A stretch of DNA of 64,000 bases. Origin: a virus (Duplodnaviria; Heunggongvirae; Uroviricota; Caudoviricetes). The DNA is taken from the IMG/VR virus record IMGVR_UViG_3300031999_000011. One strand, 5' to 3'. Made by a program: the position numbers and the translations under genes. Positions 27,237 through 36,805 of the stretch are shown here, piece by piece. The notes beneath the pieces were generated by a model. The model was not told the origin of the DNA. It saw only the letters and a list, made by a program, of their open reading frames with translations, and did no database searches. Each line of letters opens with the position of its first letter. The first letter of the stretch is position 1.

Positions 27237-27701
27237 ATGATATATTATGGTTTTACGAACATGTATTTAAGTTCGATTCAAGTTGGTATACAAAATGCTC
27301 ATTGTTTGGTAAATATAGGTCGAAAATACAATAACGATAACAGTAATGTTTTTATATTGGAAAGTGACGTAGCTGCTAGATCAAATTATATCGATTGGTC
27401 AGATAACTACAAAACTATGGTTTGCTTAAATGGTGGAAATCAAGCAAACCTTAAAGAAATTGTTGATATATTTTGTGCACATGATAATCCGTTTGCATGG
27501 AATTGTTTTTATGAAGATGAACAATCGTTAAATAATTGTTTAACTTGTGTAGGTATTATTTTACCAGAGCGTATTTATGATGCAGCTCAGAGAATCCGAG
27601 AAGACAGAACTGGGCAATTTGTAATTGCGTTGCAAAATGAATTTATTGATTGGGAATTTAAATTAATGTCAATTATTAATAGTTGTAGATTAGCAAATTA
27701 A
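27237..27701 (+). CDS. hypothetical protein
   Basis: 154-aa ORF. Confidence 0.5.
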   Translation: MIYYGFTNMYLSSIQVGIQNAHCLVNIGRKYNNDNSNVFILESDVAARSNYIDWSDNYKTMVCLNGGNQANLKEIVDIFCAHDNPFAWNCFYEDEQSLNNCLTCVGIILPERIYDAAQRIREDRTGQFVIALQNEFIDWEFKLMSIINSCRLAN

Positions 27702-27772
27702 CATTTTTAAAGATTGTACAGTTAACTAAGATAATTAGTTATTATATTTCTAACGTTGAAGTGGAGTAATTT

Positions 27773-28027
27773 ATGGTAGAGCAAGTTGAAAAAACAAAAC
27801 GTAATTTTTTCTTTTTTAATGATGGTAATTTTGAAGTGAAAAATGTTGAAGCGTTTTCTTGTGAAGGATTTCCTGAGACTTGGTTTGTACCTGGTGCAGG
27901 TACGTGTACTATTGGATCTAGTATATTTGAGGATATATCATCGGTGCAAAAACACGCAAGAGCAATATTGCGTCAAAAAGAAAACTTACTTGAAGAATTA
28001 CGGTTAAAAGTTGATTTAATAAAGTAA
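27773..28027 (+). CDS. small Cys-containing protein (tandem paralog A)
   Basis: NVEAFSCEGFPETWFVPGAGTCTIGSSIFED. Confidence 0.5.
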   Translation: MVEQVEKTKRNFFFFNDGNFEVKNVEAFSCEGFPETWFVPGAGTCTIGSSIFEDISSVQKHARAILRQKENLLEELRLKVDLIK

Positions 28028-28064
28028 TAGTTGCAATTGTATATTAATATAATTGAGGTGAAAT

Positions 28065-28319
28065 ATGGACGAACAAATTGAAGTAGTAGGTTCTCGTAAA
28101 TTTTTTCATTTAAATGTAGATACTTTTGATGTGAAAGTTGTTAACGCGTTTTCTTGTGATGGGCAATCAGATATTTGGTATATTCCGAATGAAGGATTAT
28201 GTACTATCGGTAATACCATATTTGATAATACCCAAACTTTGCGTAATACAGCTCGGGTTATCTTAAATAAAAAAGATATTGAACAATTTAGGTTAAATGA
28301 AAAGTTTTTAAAAATGTAA
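28065..28319 (+). CDS. small Cys-containing protein (tandem paralog B)
   Basis: VVNAFSCDGQSDIWYIPNEGLCTIGNTIFDN; same length (84 aa). Confidence 0.5.
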   Translation: MDEQIEVVGSRKFFHLNVDTFDVKVVNAFSCDGQSDIWYIPNEGLCTIGNTIFDNTQTLRNTARVILNKKDIEQFRLNEKFLKM

Positions 28320-28332
28320 TTAAACATTTACA

Positions 28333-28563
28333 ATGGTAGCAATTGTACATCATACATACGATGAACCAAAAGAATGGAATATAGGTGGATATCCATATGC
28401 ACACATGTTTGAGCATTTTAATGCTGTTCAAATAGTAGAAGCCGATGGATTTGAGCTAGAACAAATTATTCGACTAGTACAAAATCTACCATATATTGTT
28501 GGTGCTGACAAACAGGTTTGGACGGGTGATTTAGCTAGGTTAGTTGTTCAAGCACTGTTATAA
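28333..28563 (+). CDS. hypothetical protein
   Basis: 76-aa ORF. Confidence 0.45.
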   Translation: MVAIVHHTYDEPKEWNIGGYPYAHMFEHFNAVQIVEADGFELEQIIRLVQNLPYIVGADKQVWTGDLARLVVQALL

Positions 28564-28578
28564 TTTGTTCATAATCAA

Positions 28579-29697
28579 TTAATCCCAAAAGTATACTAAA
28601 TTTGTCCCAATTACATAGAAATGATTATATTCAGTTGAGTGATGTCTAATATCTGTTGGATCAATAAACCCACCACCTTGAATATAATGCCCTTCTATAT
28701 TTGCTATCCATGATCCTTTATGCCAACCTATTCCTAAATTTATATCTTTAGTATATGTCTGTATTTGAGGTGCAGTGTTATCCGGTGAACGATATTGATT
28801 ATAATTTGCGCGTATTGAAAAATCTTCATTTATATTATATGTAATTGTTGGAGATATACCACAATATAATTTACTAAATTGAGTCCATCCTACATTTTTA
28901 CGTTTAACACATATTCCTTCTAAAGATGCTGTAAAATCATCTTGTACCCATTCTATACCAGTTCCAACTCGGCTACCTGCATTAAGTCCAATATCGATTG
29001 GTATCGGATTTGAGGTAATAATTTTAGATGTTTCCCAAAATGCAATAGTCCTTACACCATATTTTGGAAATTCATAACCGAGTGATACTAATTGGTGATC
29101 ACCGAATTTAGTTTTAATCGGTTTAGGTTTATTATCTTTTTCATCATCGTCACTGAATAGTGTTTGGGTATCAGTAAATTGTGTTGTTTGTTTATCTATA
29201 AGATATGATAATTTGAAGTTTTTATATTTTGCATCAAACCCCACACCTACCCCACTAGTATTAGATTCTTCAAATATATTCCAATATAAAGCTCGTGGTT
29301 GAAATACACCTTGTCTTGTTCTTGGATTTACTCTAGTAATATTATATAGTGTGGTATCATACCATATTTTACCACCTTTTAATGTTAATTGAAAATTATT
29401 AATAGGTATATTAGGAGTATACGCAATGTGATTGTATACCAATATATCATCTACAGTCGTACCATATTTGAATTGATTAAATACAACTAATCTATCTGTT
29501 AACTTAAGGTTAGTAATAAACCCTGCTTCTATTCCTGTTCCAGCTGCATCAAATTCAACATGCGATAATATATATCGTGCTCCTAAATATCCAGAAATCT
29601 GTAAATTTATCCCATTTGAAAACTCATAAGTTATAGCAAAAATCTGATTACTTGGTATAATTAAACAGATTAAATATACAATTTGTTTTATTGACAT
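28579..29697 (-). CDS. secreted protein, likely outer-membrane beta-barrel (porin-like)
   Basis: Signal peptide; alternating aromatic/Gly-rich beta-strand-like pattern; C-terminal ...NLVYFWD. Confidence 0.5.
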   Translation of the reverse strand: MSIKQIVYLICLIIPSNQIFAITYEFSNGINLQISGYLGARYILSHVEFDAAGTGIEAGFITNLKLTDRLVVFNQFKYGTTVDDILVYNHIAYTPNIPINNFQLTLKGGKIWYDTTLYNITRVNPRTRQGVFQPRALYWNIFEESNTSGVGVGFDAKYKNFKLSYLIDKQTTQFTDTQTLFSDDDEKDNKPKPIKTKFGDHQLVSLGYEFPKYGVRTIAFWETSKIITSNPIPIDIGLNAGSRVGTGIEWVQDDFTASLEGICVKRKNVGWTQFSKLYCGISPTITYNINEDFSIRANYNQYRSPDNTAPQIQTYTKDINLGIGWHKGSWIANIEGHYIQGGGFIDPTDIRHHSTEYNHFYVIGTNLVYFWD

Positions 29698-30143
29698 TGA
29701 GGTAGGTCATCACATATAACTATAGTTTTATTATATGTAATTAATTGATAATTAACATAACCTATCGCTCCATTGTGACTATGAACTAACTGTATCATAG
29801 CTGCATCATTCTGAACTTCTACTACATTTGTAGCTCTTGCAGTATAAGTATTTACTTCTAAATTATGTTTATAGTTATATATTGTCATGTTTAATACTGA
29901 CATTATAAAAAAGCGATGTTCTATAGAATCTATTGGTTTAATATACACAGTTATATTTTCTCTGTTGTTCCAATAAGTTTCTTTTCTAGTAAATATACGC
30001 TGTAACATTATTGTATTCATGAATACTGTATTCGGTAAATCATAGTTTGTAAAAATAATTTTTGGATCGTCAGTATCACTTTTTAACATTATAGGAATTC
30101 CACTTAATATAATCAATAATATATATTTGAATATTTTTATCAT
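29688..30143 (-). CDS. secreted periplasmic protein
   Basis: Signal peptide MIKIFKYILLIILSGIPIMLKS; 10-nt overlap with the downstream beta-barrel gene (operon). Confidence 0.5.
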   Translation of the reverse strand: MIKIFKYILLIILSGIPIMLKSDTDDPKIIFTNYDLPNTVFMNTIMLQRIFTRKETYWNNRENITVYIKPIDSIEHRFFIMSVLNMTIYNYKHNLEVNTYTARATNVVEVQNDAAMIQLVHSHNGAIGYVNYQLITYNKTIVICDDLPQCQ

Positions 30144-30166
30144 TTTATTATGTAAGGGGTGATTAG

Positions 30167-30589
30167 TTATTTTGTATTTCGATTTGATTGTGATGATCTA
30201 GTATATAATTGATTAACAGTGCTATCTAAGTCATCTATTTTATTATTTAATTCTTTTATTGTTGTTTGCATTTGAATTAGATGGTTGTCATACTTTGTAC
30301 GCAACTCTTTATCCTTAATATCTATATTATCTATATCTTTATGTATTTGTTCAATAATTAAATCTGTGCTAACTTTTTGTGTGTCAAGTTTACTAGTAAC
30401 GCCATTCCACGCAGCTAATATTCCTCCTCCTAGAGTAAAAATTGCAAATAGCACTGCCGCAGCTTGAGAAAAAGTAATTACTCCTCCTCCTGTAGTGTTA
30501 TTCTGGGGAGACTGATTTAACTTTGCTTCTTCTAAGAGCTGCAGTAGAAGTTCTGTTATTCTTTTTTCACTCGCGTTAGTCATAGTCAT
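30167..30589 (-). CDS. single-pass membrane protein with coiled coil (paralog of 26754..27176)
   Basis: TM AAAVLFAIFTLGGGILAAW; C-terminal LDSTVNQLYTRSSQ. Confidence 0.5.
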   Translation of the reverse strand: MTMTNASEKRITELLLQLLEEAKLNQSPQNNTTGGGVITFSQAAAVLFAIFTLGGGILAAWNGVTSKLDTQKVSTDLIIEQIHKDIDNIDIKDKELRTKYDNHLIQMQTTIKELNNKIDDLDSTVNQLYTRSSQSNRNTK

Positions 30590-30826
30590 AATATTATAAA
30601 TCTCTAGTAAATCCTACTGATTTTCTTATATAAGTATTTATAATTTATACATAATATGAATAATGTACAATAAGCTATAAAAACAATAAAGTAACAGTGG
30701 ATTTATTTAAATAAATATGTTATAATTATCATATATTATTTAATTATGAATAATATGTGAATTATTACCTTTATTGACTTTAATTTATGTGGTGTTAGTC
30801 AATCACCGGTTTCAAAGGAGAAAAAA

Positions 30827-31546
30827 ATGATGTATCAGTCAAAGTTTATTGCTTGTCTAAAAGCAAATGGTAAAATCTTACGTGAATTCAACGATACAGT
30901 TCGTGTTCCTTTCGGAACAGAGTTTTCAATTTTATTAAAAAATTTAAATACTGTTCGTGCACAGGTATCTATCAGTATTGATGGTGAATCAGTAACTGGC
31001 GAAAGTAAAATTATTGTTAACTCAAATGAAGATTTTGAATTAACACGATATATAAAGAATAGGAATTTAACTAGTGGTAATTGTTTTAAATTCATTGAAC
31101 GTACAGCTAGTATTGAAGATTATCGTGGTGTAAGATTAGATGACGGTATTATTAGAGTTCAATTTCAAGTTGAACACAAACCATTGCCATCAATTTATAT
31201 AAACTCTATAAAACCATATTGGTCTTACAGTAGTACTTCAGTGTATCGATCTGCAGTTGCATGTGATTCATCTAATAATACGGGGTTTATGGATCAAGTT
31301 AATGATGCAGGAATAACTGTACCAGGTTCAATTTCTAATCAACAATTTCAAAGTATTGATAATTTTCCTGTAGAAAGTGAAACACATGTTATTGTACTTA
31401 AAATGATTGGAATAGTGGGAAATGGTCAATTAGTAACTCAACCAGTTACTGTGAAGGTTCAAAATATATGTCAAACATGTGGTAAAGTGAATAAAATAAA
31501 CTCAAAATATTGTTCTGAGTGTGCTACTAATTTAGTTGTTATATAA
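30827..31546 (+). CDS. protein with C-terminal zinc ribbon (CQTCG...CSEC)
   Basis: 239-aa ORF; SD AAAGGAG upstream. Confidence 0.5.
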   Translation: MMYQSKFIACLKANGKILREFNDTVRVPFGTEFSILLKNLNTVRAQVSISIDGESVTGESKIIVNSNEDFELTRYIKNRNLTSGNCFKFIERTASIEDYRGVRLDDGIIRVQFQVEHKPLPSIYINSIKPYWSYSSTSVYRSAVACDSSNNTGFMDQVNDAGITVPGSISNQQFQSIDNFPVESETHVIVLKMIGIVGNGQLVTQPVTVKVQNICQTCGKVNKINSKYCSECATNLVVI

Positions 31547-31578
31547 TTTAATTTTTTGACTAACCAATATAAAGATGT

Positions 31579-31842
31579 ATGAATATACAAGAAAAACCTA
31601 ATATGACTTTTAGTATAACTAGTAACCGGGTTACATTAATTATAACTACTATTTGTATAGTAATTGCAGTTTTTTGTGCTGGTATGTTATTCGAAAAATA
31701 TTTGCATGAATTTACTGATTATGAATTAATGATAATAGAATTGATGATTAATTCACCAGATACAACAGAATCAGCTGATATTAATGAAAGTGAAGAGGAA
31801 GATGGCGGTATTATGAGTTGTAGTAAGGAAACAGAATGTTAA
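31579..31842 (+). CDS. small membrane protein
   Basis: TM ITTICIVIAVFCAGMLF. Confidence 0.4.
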   Translation: MNIQEKPNMTFSITSNRVTLIITTICIVIAVFCAGMLFEKYLHEFTDYELMIIELMINSPDTTESADINESEEEDGGIMSCSKETEC

Positions 31843-32138
31843 AAGGTGAGATGCAATCTACAATTATTGGAATTATTATAACTGTGATAGTGGTTATATT
31901 AATAGTTACATTTATATATATGTCATATAATAATGAGAATAAATTAACTCAAACTACATTAACATCAACTGAATTTGTATTGGAAAGTAAAGTAAAAATT
32001 AATATACCGGAACTTGAGGATTGCACACTGTATACACTTACGTACGAGACAATAGCTTGGCCAATACGTGTTATCCGGTGTGCTAACTCAATATCTACAC
32101 AAATTAATGATAATATTTCTATAATTGCAAATGATTAA
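31836..32138 (+). CDS. small membrane protein
   Basis: TM IIGIIITVIVVILIVTFIY. Confidence 0.4.
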   Translation: MLKGEMQSTIIGIIITVIVVILIVTFIYMSYNNENKLTQTTLTSTEFVLESKVKINIPELEDCTLYTLTYETIAWPIRVIRCANSISTQINDNISIIAND

Positions 32139-32185
32139 TGCATTTATTATTATAATTATTGGATAAATACTAAAAGGTAACATAT

Positions 32186-32512
32186 ATGAAACGTTTAATA
32201 TTAATTGGTATATTGTTATGCAGTATATCAGCATATGCATATGGTCACGGTTACGGAGGTGGTTGGAGTAATAATGGGCAAAATGCTTACAATAATCAAA
32301 ATTGGAGCAATCGTCAATGGAATGCTACTATTCCAGGATATAATGTTCCTTATCGTTATTATGGTTACGGTTATACACCTTACCCTTATTATCCCCAACA
32401 GTATTATGGTTATCCCCAACCGTATTATGGTTATCCACAACCGTATTATGGTTATGGTGGTGCACAATTTGGTATTTCAATACCTGGTTTCAGTTTATTT
32501 TTTGGTAATTAA
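32186..32512 (+). CDS. secreted Gly/Tyr/Pro/Gln-rich repeat protein (paralog 1 of 3)
   Basis: Signal peptide; YYGYPQP repeats; C-terminus GISIPGFSLFFGN. Confidence 0.6.
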   Translation: MKRLILIGILLCSISAYAYGHGYGGGWSNNGQNAYNNQNWSNRQWNATIPGYNVPYRYYGYGYTPYPYYPQQYYGYPQPYYGYPQPYYGYGGAQFGISIPGFSLFFGN

Positions 32513-32538
32513 ATTTATTACCTAATAGGAGTGTTAAA

Positions 32539-32862
32539 ATGTATAAATTAACAATACTAATAATAGTATTATTTTTTAATGTGGTAGTCTATGCAGACGG
32601 TGGGGAACATCATGGTCACGGTGGATATGGTGGGGGTTGGGAAGGACATCATGGTCACGGTGGATATGGTGGGGGTTGGGAAGGACATCGTGGTGGTTGG
32701 GGAGGACATCATGGTGGATATGGACGTCAACTATATTACCCTTATCCTTCATACCCACAATATCCTATAATTCAACAACCTTACTACCCACAACAGTATT
32801 ATGGTTATGGTCAACAATTTGGTATTATAGCACCTGGTGTTAGTATATTTTTTGGTAATTAA
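32539..32862 (+). CDS. secreted Gly/His/Tyr-rich repeat protein (paralog 2 of 3)
   Basis: Signal peptide; [13 protein letters not shown] repeats; C-terminus [13 protein letters not shown]. Confidence 0.6.
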   Translation: MYKLTILIIVLFFNVVVYADGGEHHGHGGYGGGWEGHHGHGGYGGGWEGHRGGWGGHHGGYGRQLYYPYPSYPQYPIIQQPYYPQQYYGYGQQFGIIAPGVSIFFGN

Positions 32863-32888
32863 TTTATTATGATATTAAGGAATATAAA

Positions 32889-33191
32889 ATGTATAAGTTA
32901 TTATTAATACTGTTATTGTTTAGTGTATTAGTATACGCTGACGACGACGATGACGATGACGATGATAATGGGAGATATCAACAAGGTTATAGTTATTCAA
33001 TACCAACATATGGATATCCACAAGGTTATGGATATCCACAAGGTTATGGATATCCACAAGGTTACGGATATCCACAAGGTTATGGATATCCACAAGGATA
33101 CCGGTATCCACCACACGGTTATAGATATCACCCAAGACAAGGTGGCGTACAAATAATTGTACCAGGATTATATTTAAATTTTGGAGGATAA
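32889..33191 (+). CDS. secreted poly-Asp plus (YPQGYG)n repeat protein (paralog 3 of 3)
   Basis: Signal peptide; D9 tract; six YPQGYG repeats; C-terminus [12 protein letters not shown]. Confidence 0.6.
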   Translation: MYKLLLILLLFSVLVYADDDDDDDDDNGRYQQGYSYSIPTYGYPQGYGYPQGYGYPQGYGYPQGYGYPQGYRYPPHGYRYHPRQGGVQIIVPGLYLNFGG

Positions 33192-33193
33192 TA

Positions 33194-33673
33194 ATGAAAT
33201 ATTTAATAATAGTAATGTTGTTGTTAGTTGGTTGCGCAAGTGAAAGTGGTTGGGTTCCAACTGTCGACACATCATATCAACCACAACAACAACAATATCA
33301 ACCACAACAACAATATCAACCACAACCTGGAGCGCCATCAGTGCAGCAAGGTGGATATGTACCGGAAGTACAACAAGGTTATGATCCGAATGCATACAAT
33401 CAGGCAATGGTTGAATGTCAGATGCTTGCTAAACAGGCATCTGGTGGTACATTCAATTCAACTATTACTGATGCTGCAGGTGGTGCTTTATTAGGTGCTG
33501 CAGGTGGAGCAATTGTAGGAGCATTCACAGGAAACCCTGGAACTGGAGCTGCTATTGGTGCTGCTGCAGGTGGTTTTGGGGGAGGTACATATGGTGGATT
33601 AAGTTCCAATGCAACTTATAAAAGTGCATTTTCAAATTGTTTAAGGCAAAGAGGTTATCGAGTACTCAATTAA
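33194..33673 (+). CDS. OsmB/SlyB-like glycine-zipper lipoprotein with Q-rich linker (paralog of 18859..19245)
   Basis: Lipobox LLVGCAS; QPQQQQYQPQQQYQPQ; LLGAAGGAIVGAFTGNPGTGAAIGAAAGGFGGG; conserved C-terminus ...C..RG..V. Confidence 0.65.
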   Translation: MKYLIIVMLLLVGCASESGWVPTVDTSYQPQQQQYQPQQQYQPQPGAPSVQQGGYVPEVQQGYDPNAYNQAMVECQMLAKQASGGTFNSTITDAAGGALLGAAGGAIVGAFTGNPGTGAAIGAAAGGFGGGTYGGLSSNATYKSAFSNCLRQRGYRVLN

Positions 33674-33878
33674 CGCATATATGGAACTATTAAACGATTT
33701 TTTTTGTAGTTATTTGATATAATAAATATACATGAAGTTATACTATTTGTTAGCAAGCATATATTTAAAATATTGCTGTTAATTATACGATAAAGGGGTT
33801 ATAATATGAGAGATGGAAATCAAAATATAGTAGTTATTATTGTTGTTTTATTAGTTCTTGTGGTTCTAGGAGCATTAG

Positions 33879-34322
33879 GTGCCTTACAACCACTTTATTT
33901 ACCATTTTAGGAGCATACAAATGAAGTATTTTTTATTATTATTGTTTATGATTCCGTGTATTAGTATAAATGCGGGATCACAAGCAACAGATGTAAGTAT
34001 TGAGGCTGGTGTTGTCAATAAAGATTTAACGGTAGAGTCAGAGTATCCATCTTCAGCTGATACTTCTACAGAATTATTGGTTGCACCACCTTCAGATGTT
34101 CATGTTATTTGTGATGATAATTGTGTTAACAGTGAACCCAAACAATTAGATAATAAAAGTGTAAAGATTATTCCAGTACAACCTGTAGTTGTACCAATTA
34201 TAGCACCAGTGTTAACTATACAAAAACCTCAAGTTGTAAAACACACTAAAAATAAATCGAAAAAAGTAATGAAAACAAAAGCGAAATTAGTATCAGAAGA
34301 AGGTTGTAAACCGGCAAAATAA
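33879..34322 (+). CDS. secreted protein
   Basis: Signal peptide MKYFLLLLFMIPCISINA (internal ATG at 33921 is the probable start). Confidence 0.5.
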   Translation: MPYNHFIYHFRSIQMKYFLLLLFMIPCISINAGSQATDVSIEAGVVNKDLTVESEYPSSADTSTELLVAPPSDVHVICDDNCVNSEPKQLDNKSVKIIPVQPVVVPIIAPVLTIQKPQVVKHTKNKSKKVMKTKAKLVSEEGCKPAK

Positions 34323-34368
34323 CATTAAGGTTGTGATACGGATATCTTATAATATCATGGAGTGATGA

Positions 34369-34581
34369 ATGCAAGCACATAAAGTAACATGTCGTTTAAA
34401 GAATGGTAATATTAAAAAATATGAAGTTGATGGAGTTGACACTGCGCAAGCGGCAAGAGAATTTGTAATATCACAAGTTAAAAATATACGTACTGTGTTA
34501 GCTTTAGTTAATTCTCCAAGTATACATCCAGAACCATTGGAATTTGAACCAGAAGACCTACCACCTAAACGATATGCATAA
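34369..34581 (+). CDS. hypothetical protein
   Basis: 70-aa ORF; SD GGAGTGA upstream; its stop overlaps the next start (ATGCATAA). Confidence 0.4.
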   Translation: MQAHKVTCRLKNGNIKKYEVDGVDTAQAAREFVISQVKNIRTVLALVNSPSIHPEPLEFEPEDLPPKRYA

Positions 34582-35095
34582 TATTTTAAAGTTAACTTCG
34601 TCTGTGTTATATATGCCAATTGGACCGTCTGGTTGTGGTAAAAGCACATTATATCATAAGTTACGAGGTGTACAACGAGAATTACATAATTTATCAAAGG
34701 ATAGTATACGTTGTTTATTATACGGTGATGATTATGCTAAAGCTTGGATAGCTGCAAATAATGATAAAGATTTTGTAGCTAAAGTAAAAGTTATATATGA
34801 GAAAATGTTAGGTGAAAAAAGCAAAATATATTTAGATAACACTAACTTGTCTCCAAAAATTCGTAGGTATTGGTTGACAGAAGCAAGTAAATACAATTAT
34901 ACAAAAATTGCTATTGTATTTGATGTAGATGTAGATATATTATTATCTCGTCAAGTGACTCGTGAAGATAAAACAGTACCAAAAAGTGCTATTTACCAAC
35001 AAGTAGCAGCGCTTAAACAACCTGTTATTGGTGAGTTCGATGTTGTATATTCAATAATTGATGTAATTAGAGTATTAGAAAATGTTAACACATAA
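34574..35095 (+). CDS. P-loop nucleotide/polynucleotide kinase-like protein (AAA_33/zeta-toxin-like fold)
   Basis: Walker A GPSGCGKST near the N-terminus; DNTN (Walker-B-like). Confidence 0.6.
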   Translation: MHNILKLTSSVLYMPIGPSGCGKSTLYHKLRGVQRELHNLSKDSIRCLLYGDDYAKAWIAANNDKDFVAKVKVIYEKMLGEKSKIYLDNTNLSPKIRRYWLTEASKYNYTKIAIVFDVDVDILLSRQVTREDKTVPKSAIYQQVAALKQPVIGEFDVVYSIIDVIRVLENVNT

Positions 35096-35369
35096 TCTTA
35101 GAACATTTCCCCGTTCTCAACAAACTATTAGTACTATAAAAGATTTAGATGAACTTTTTGATAAGTGGATTGGGATACAAAAAGATGATTATATTGTTAG
35201 TATAGAAGAGATATTCTGTTATGTATCACTTGAATTCGCACAACAATATTATTTAAAACATTTAATGCGTGATAACATTCCTGAGAACAGGGAATATATG
35301 TTTAAACCTATAGAGCATATTCCTGGTATATATAAAGTAACCGCAATGTATATAAAGTGTACAGAATAA
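35082..35369 (+). CDS. hypothetical protein
   Basis: 95-aa ORF. Confidence 0.45.
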   Translation: MLTHNLRTFPRSQQTISTIKDLDELFDKWIGIQKDDYIVSIEEIFCYVSLEFAQQYYLKHLMRDNIPENREYMFKPIEHIPGIYKVTAMYIKCTE

Positions 35370-35719
35370 TTATTATGCTTATAACGAAATTAAAATCTAA
35401 GATACATAGGGTTACGGTAACAGACTCAAATTTGTCATATGAAGGATCTTGTGGAATTTCTATTGATTTATTGCAGCTTGCAAATATACAATCATATGAG
35501 CAAATTCATTTATATAATGTAAATAATGGAGAACGATTTACTACGTATGCAATAGAAGGTGAACCTAATATAATTTCAGTTAGAGGAGCTGCAGCTAGAA
35601 AAGCAGTTGTTGGTGATATATTAATTATATGTACGTATTGTCAAATATCAGAAGATAACGATTATCAACCAATTAATGTTTATGTAGACTCACAAAATAA
35701 TCCAATGTCTAATATATAA
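35357..35719 (+). CDS. panD: aspartate 1-decarboxylase (pyruvoyl-dependent), PanD
   Basis: [33 protein letters not shown]...[12 protein letters not shown]...[16 protein letters not shown] aligns with E. coli PanD (KLHRV.VT.ADL.YEGSC.ID, G-S cleavage site, NG.RF.TYAI). Confidence 0.85.
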   Translation: MYRIIIMLITKLKSKIHRVTVTDSNLSYEGSCGISIDLLQLANIQSYEQIHLYNVNNGERFTTYAIEGEPNIISVRGAAARKAVVGDILIICTYCQISEDNDYQPINVYVDSQNNPMSNI

Positions 35720-35738
35720 TTTCAAGAGTACAATTATT

Positions 35739-36095
35739 ATGAATCTAAATATTAAATATGGATCTTCTGTAGCAGCATTAGTACTTACAGATGTTGTATG
35801 TGAACACACAAATAGTAATAAAATCAACCGTAAAGTTGCTCGCACATTAAATCAATTTAATATTCGTGCTAATTACATTGAAACCAGTTGTAACGATGTC
35901 GTTAAAAAACTTGAATCAACAATTGTATTTTATGAATTATTAGTAAAAGATTATATACATCGGTGTGATACAATTTTTCATAATGAAGCGGATATAAAAG
36001 TAAATTCTTTTATTAAAAATGTTATTAAAGCTAGATATAAAGCTTGGTTAGATAAAAACTTAAAAATACACAAACAATATACTAGAAGGAAGTAA
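35739..36095 (+). CDS. hypothetical protein
   Basis: 118-aa ORF. Confidence 0.45.
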   Translation: MNLNIKYGSSVAALVLTDVVCEHTNSNKINRKVARTLNQFNIRANYIETSCNDVVKKLESTIVFYELLVKDYIHRCDTIFHNEADIKVNSFIKNVIKARYKAWLDKNLKIHKQYTRRK

Positions 36096-36104
36096 TGTAA
36101 TTTT

Positions 36105-36467
36105 ATGAGCACCGATATACCGAGTGAAAAAAACATAACAGCATTTAATGGAATTTTTACAGCACGTCTTAATAAAATAATTAAAGATATAAAAAAAGTT
36201 CGACGTGATCCTACAAAAAAAGATAAACTAAAATCGTTGTTGCAGGAGGCTAAACATCTTAAACATAGTATAAAAACTTCTAATAAAAAACAACATTATA
36301 ATATATCAACTACATATGAAATTAATGAAGATGGTATGATATTGTTTGATACTGTTAATTTATTATCTAATAATGGTGTTAAAGTTGTTGATATATTTAC
36401 ATCTGTAAATAATACTTCAGATAATCATAAAACATTTACTATCAATTTTATCATTAAACAACAGTAG
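36105..36467 (+). CDS. hypothetical protein
   Basis: 120-aa ORF. Confidence 0.45.
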   Translation: MSTDIPSEKNITAFNGIFTARLNKIIKDIKKVRRDPTKKDKLKSLLQEAKHLKHSIKTSNKKQHYNISTTYEINEDGMILFDTVNLLSNNGVKVVDIFTSVNNTSDNHKTFTINFIIKQQ

Positions 36468-36583
36468 ATTTTTCTCCTAACTTATACTATACTATATTAT
36501 ACTATAATACATTATATGTATAATATATGTAGTAAATAATAACTAATTATAATAACTAATTTTATTAACCAGATAGGTTTAAT

Positions 36584-36802
36584 ATGCAAATTTTTACAAG
36601 AGATACACTTGACATAATAATAACGAAAATACTTAGTGTGATTTTCACATCGACCAGACGAGTAATATTTATATCGTTAGTGTTAACAGGTACGATGATA
36701 ATGTATTTTGGTTTTTGGACTTATATGGGAATAACAATTGTTGTATGTGCAATATTTATTATACTTATTTGGTGTGATGGTAAATTACACCCGGTTGATT
36801 AA
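36584..36802 (+). CDS. small membrane protein
   Basis: Two TM segments. Confidence 0.4.
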   Translation: MQIFTRDTLDIIITKILSVIFTSTRRVIFISLVLTGTMIMYFGFWTYMGITIVVCAIFIILIWCDGKLHPVD

Positions 36803-36805
36803 TAG

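Noticed and set aside
32205-33609. Many overlapping ORFs on both strands across the Gly/Tyr-rich paralog block (32205..32525, 32228..32467, 32576..32758, 32637..32843, 32920..33270, 32950..33156, 33174..33407, 33228..33494, 33418..33609)
   Set aside because: Low-complexity repeats leave the alternative frames stop-free. The chosen frames have signal peptides, shared C-terminal motifs and abutting start/stop spacing.
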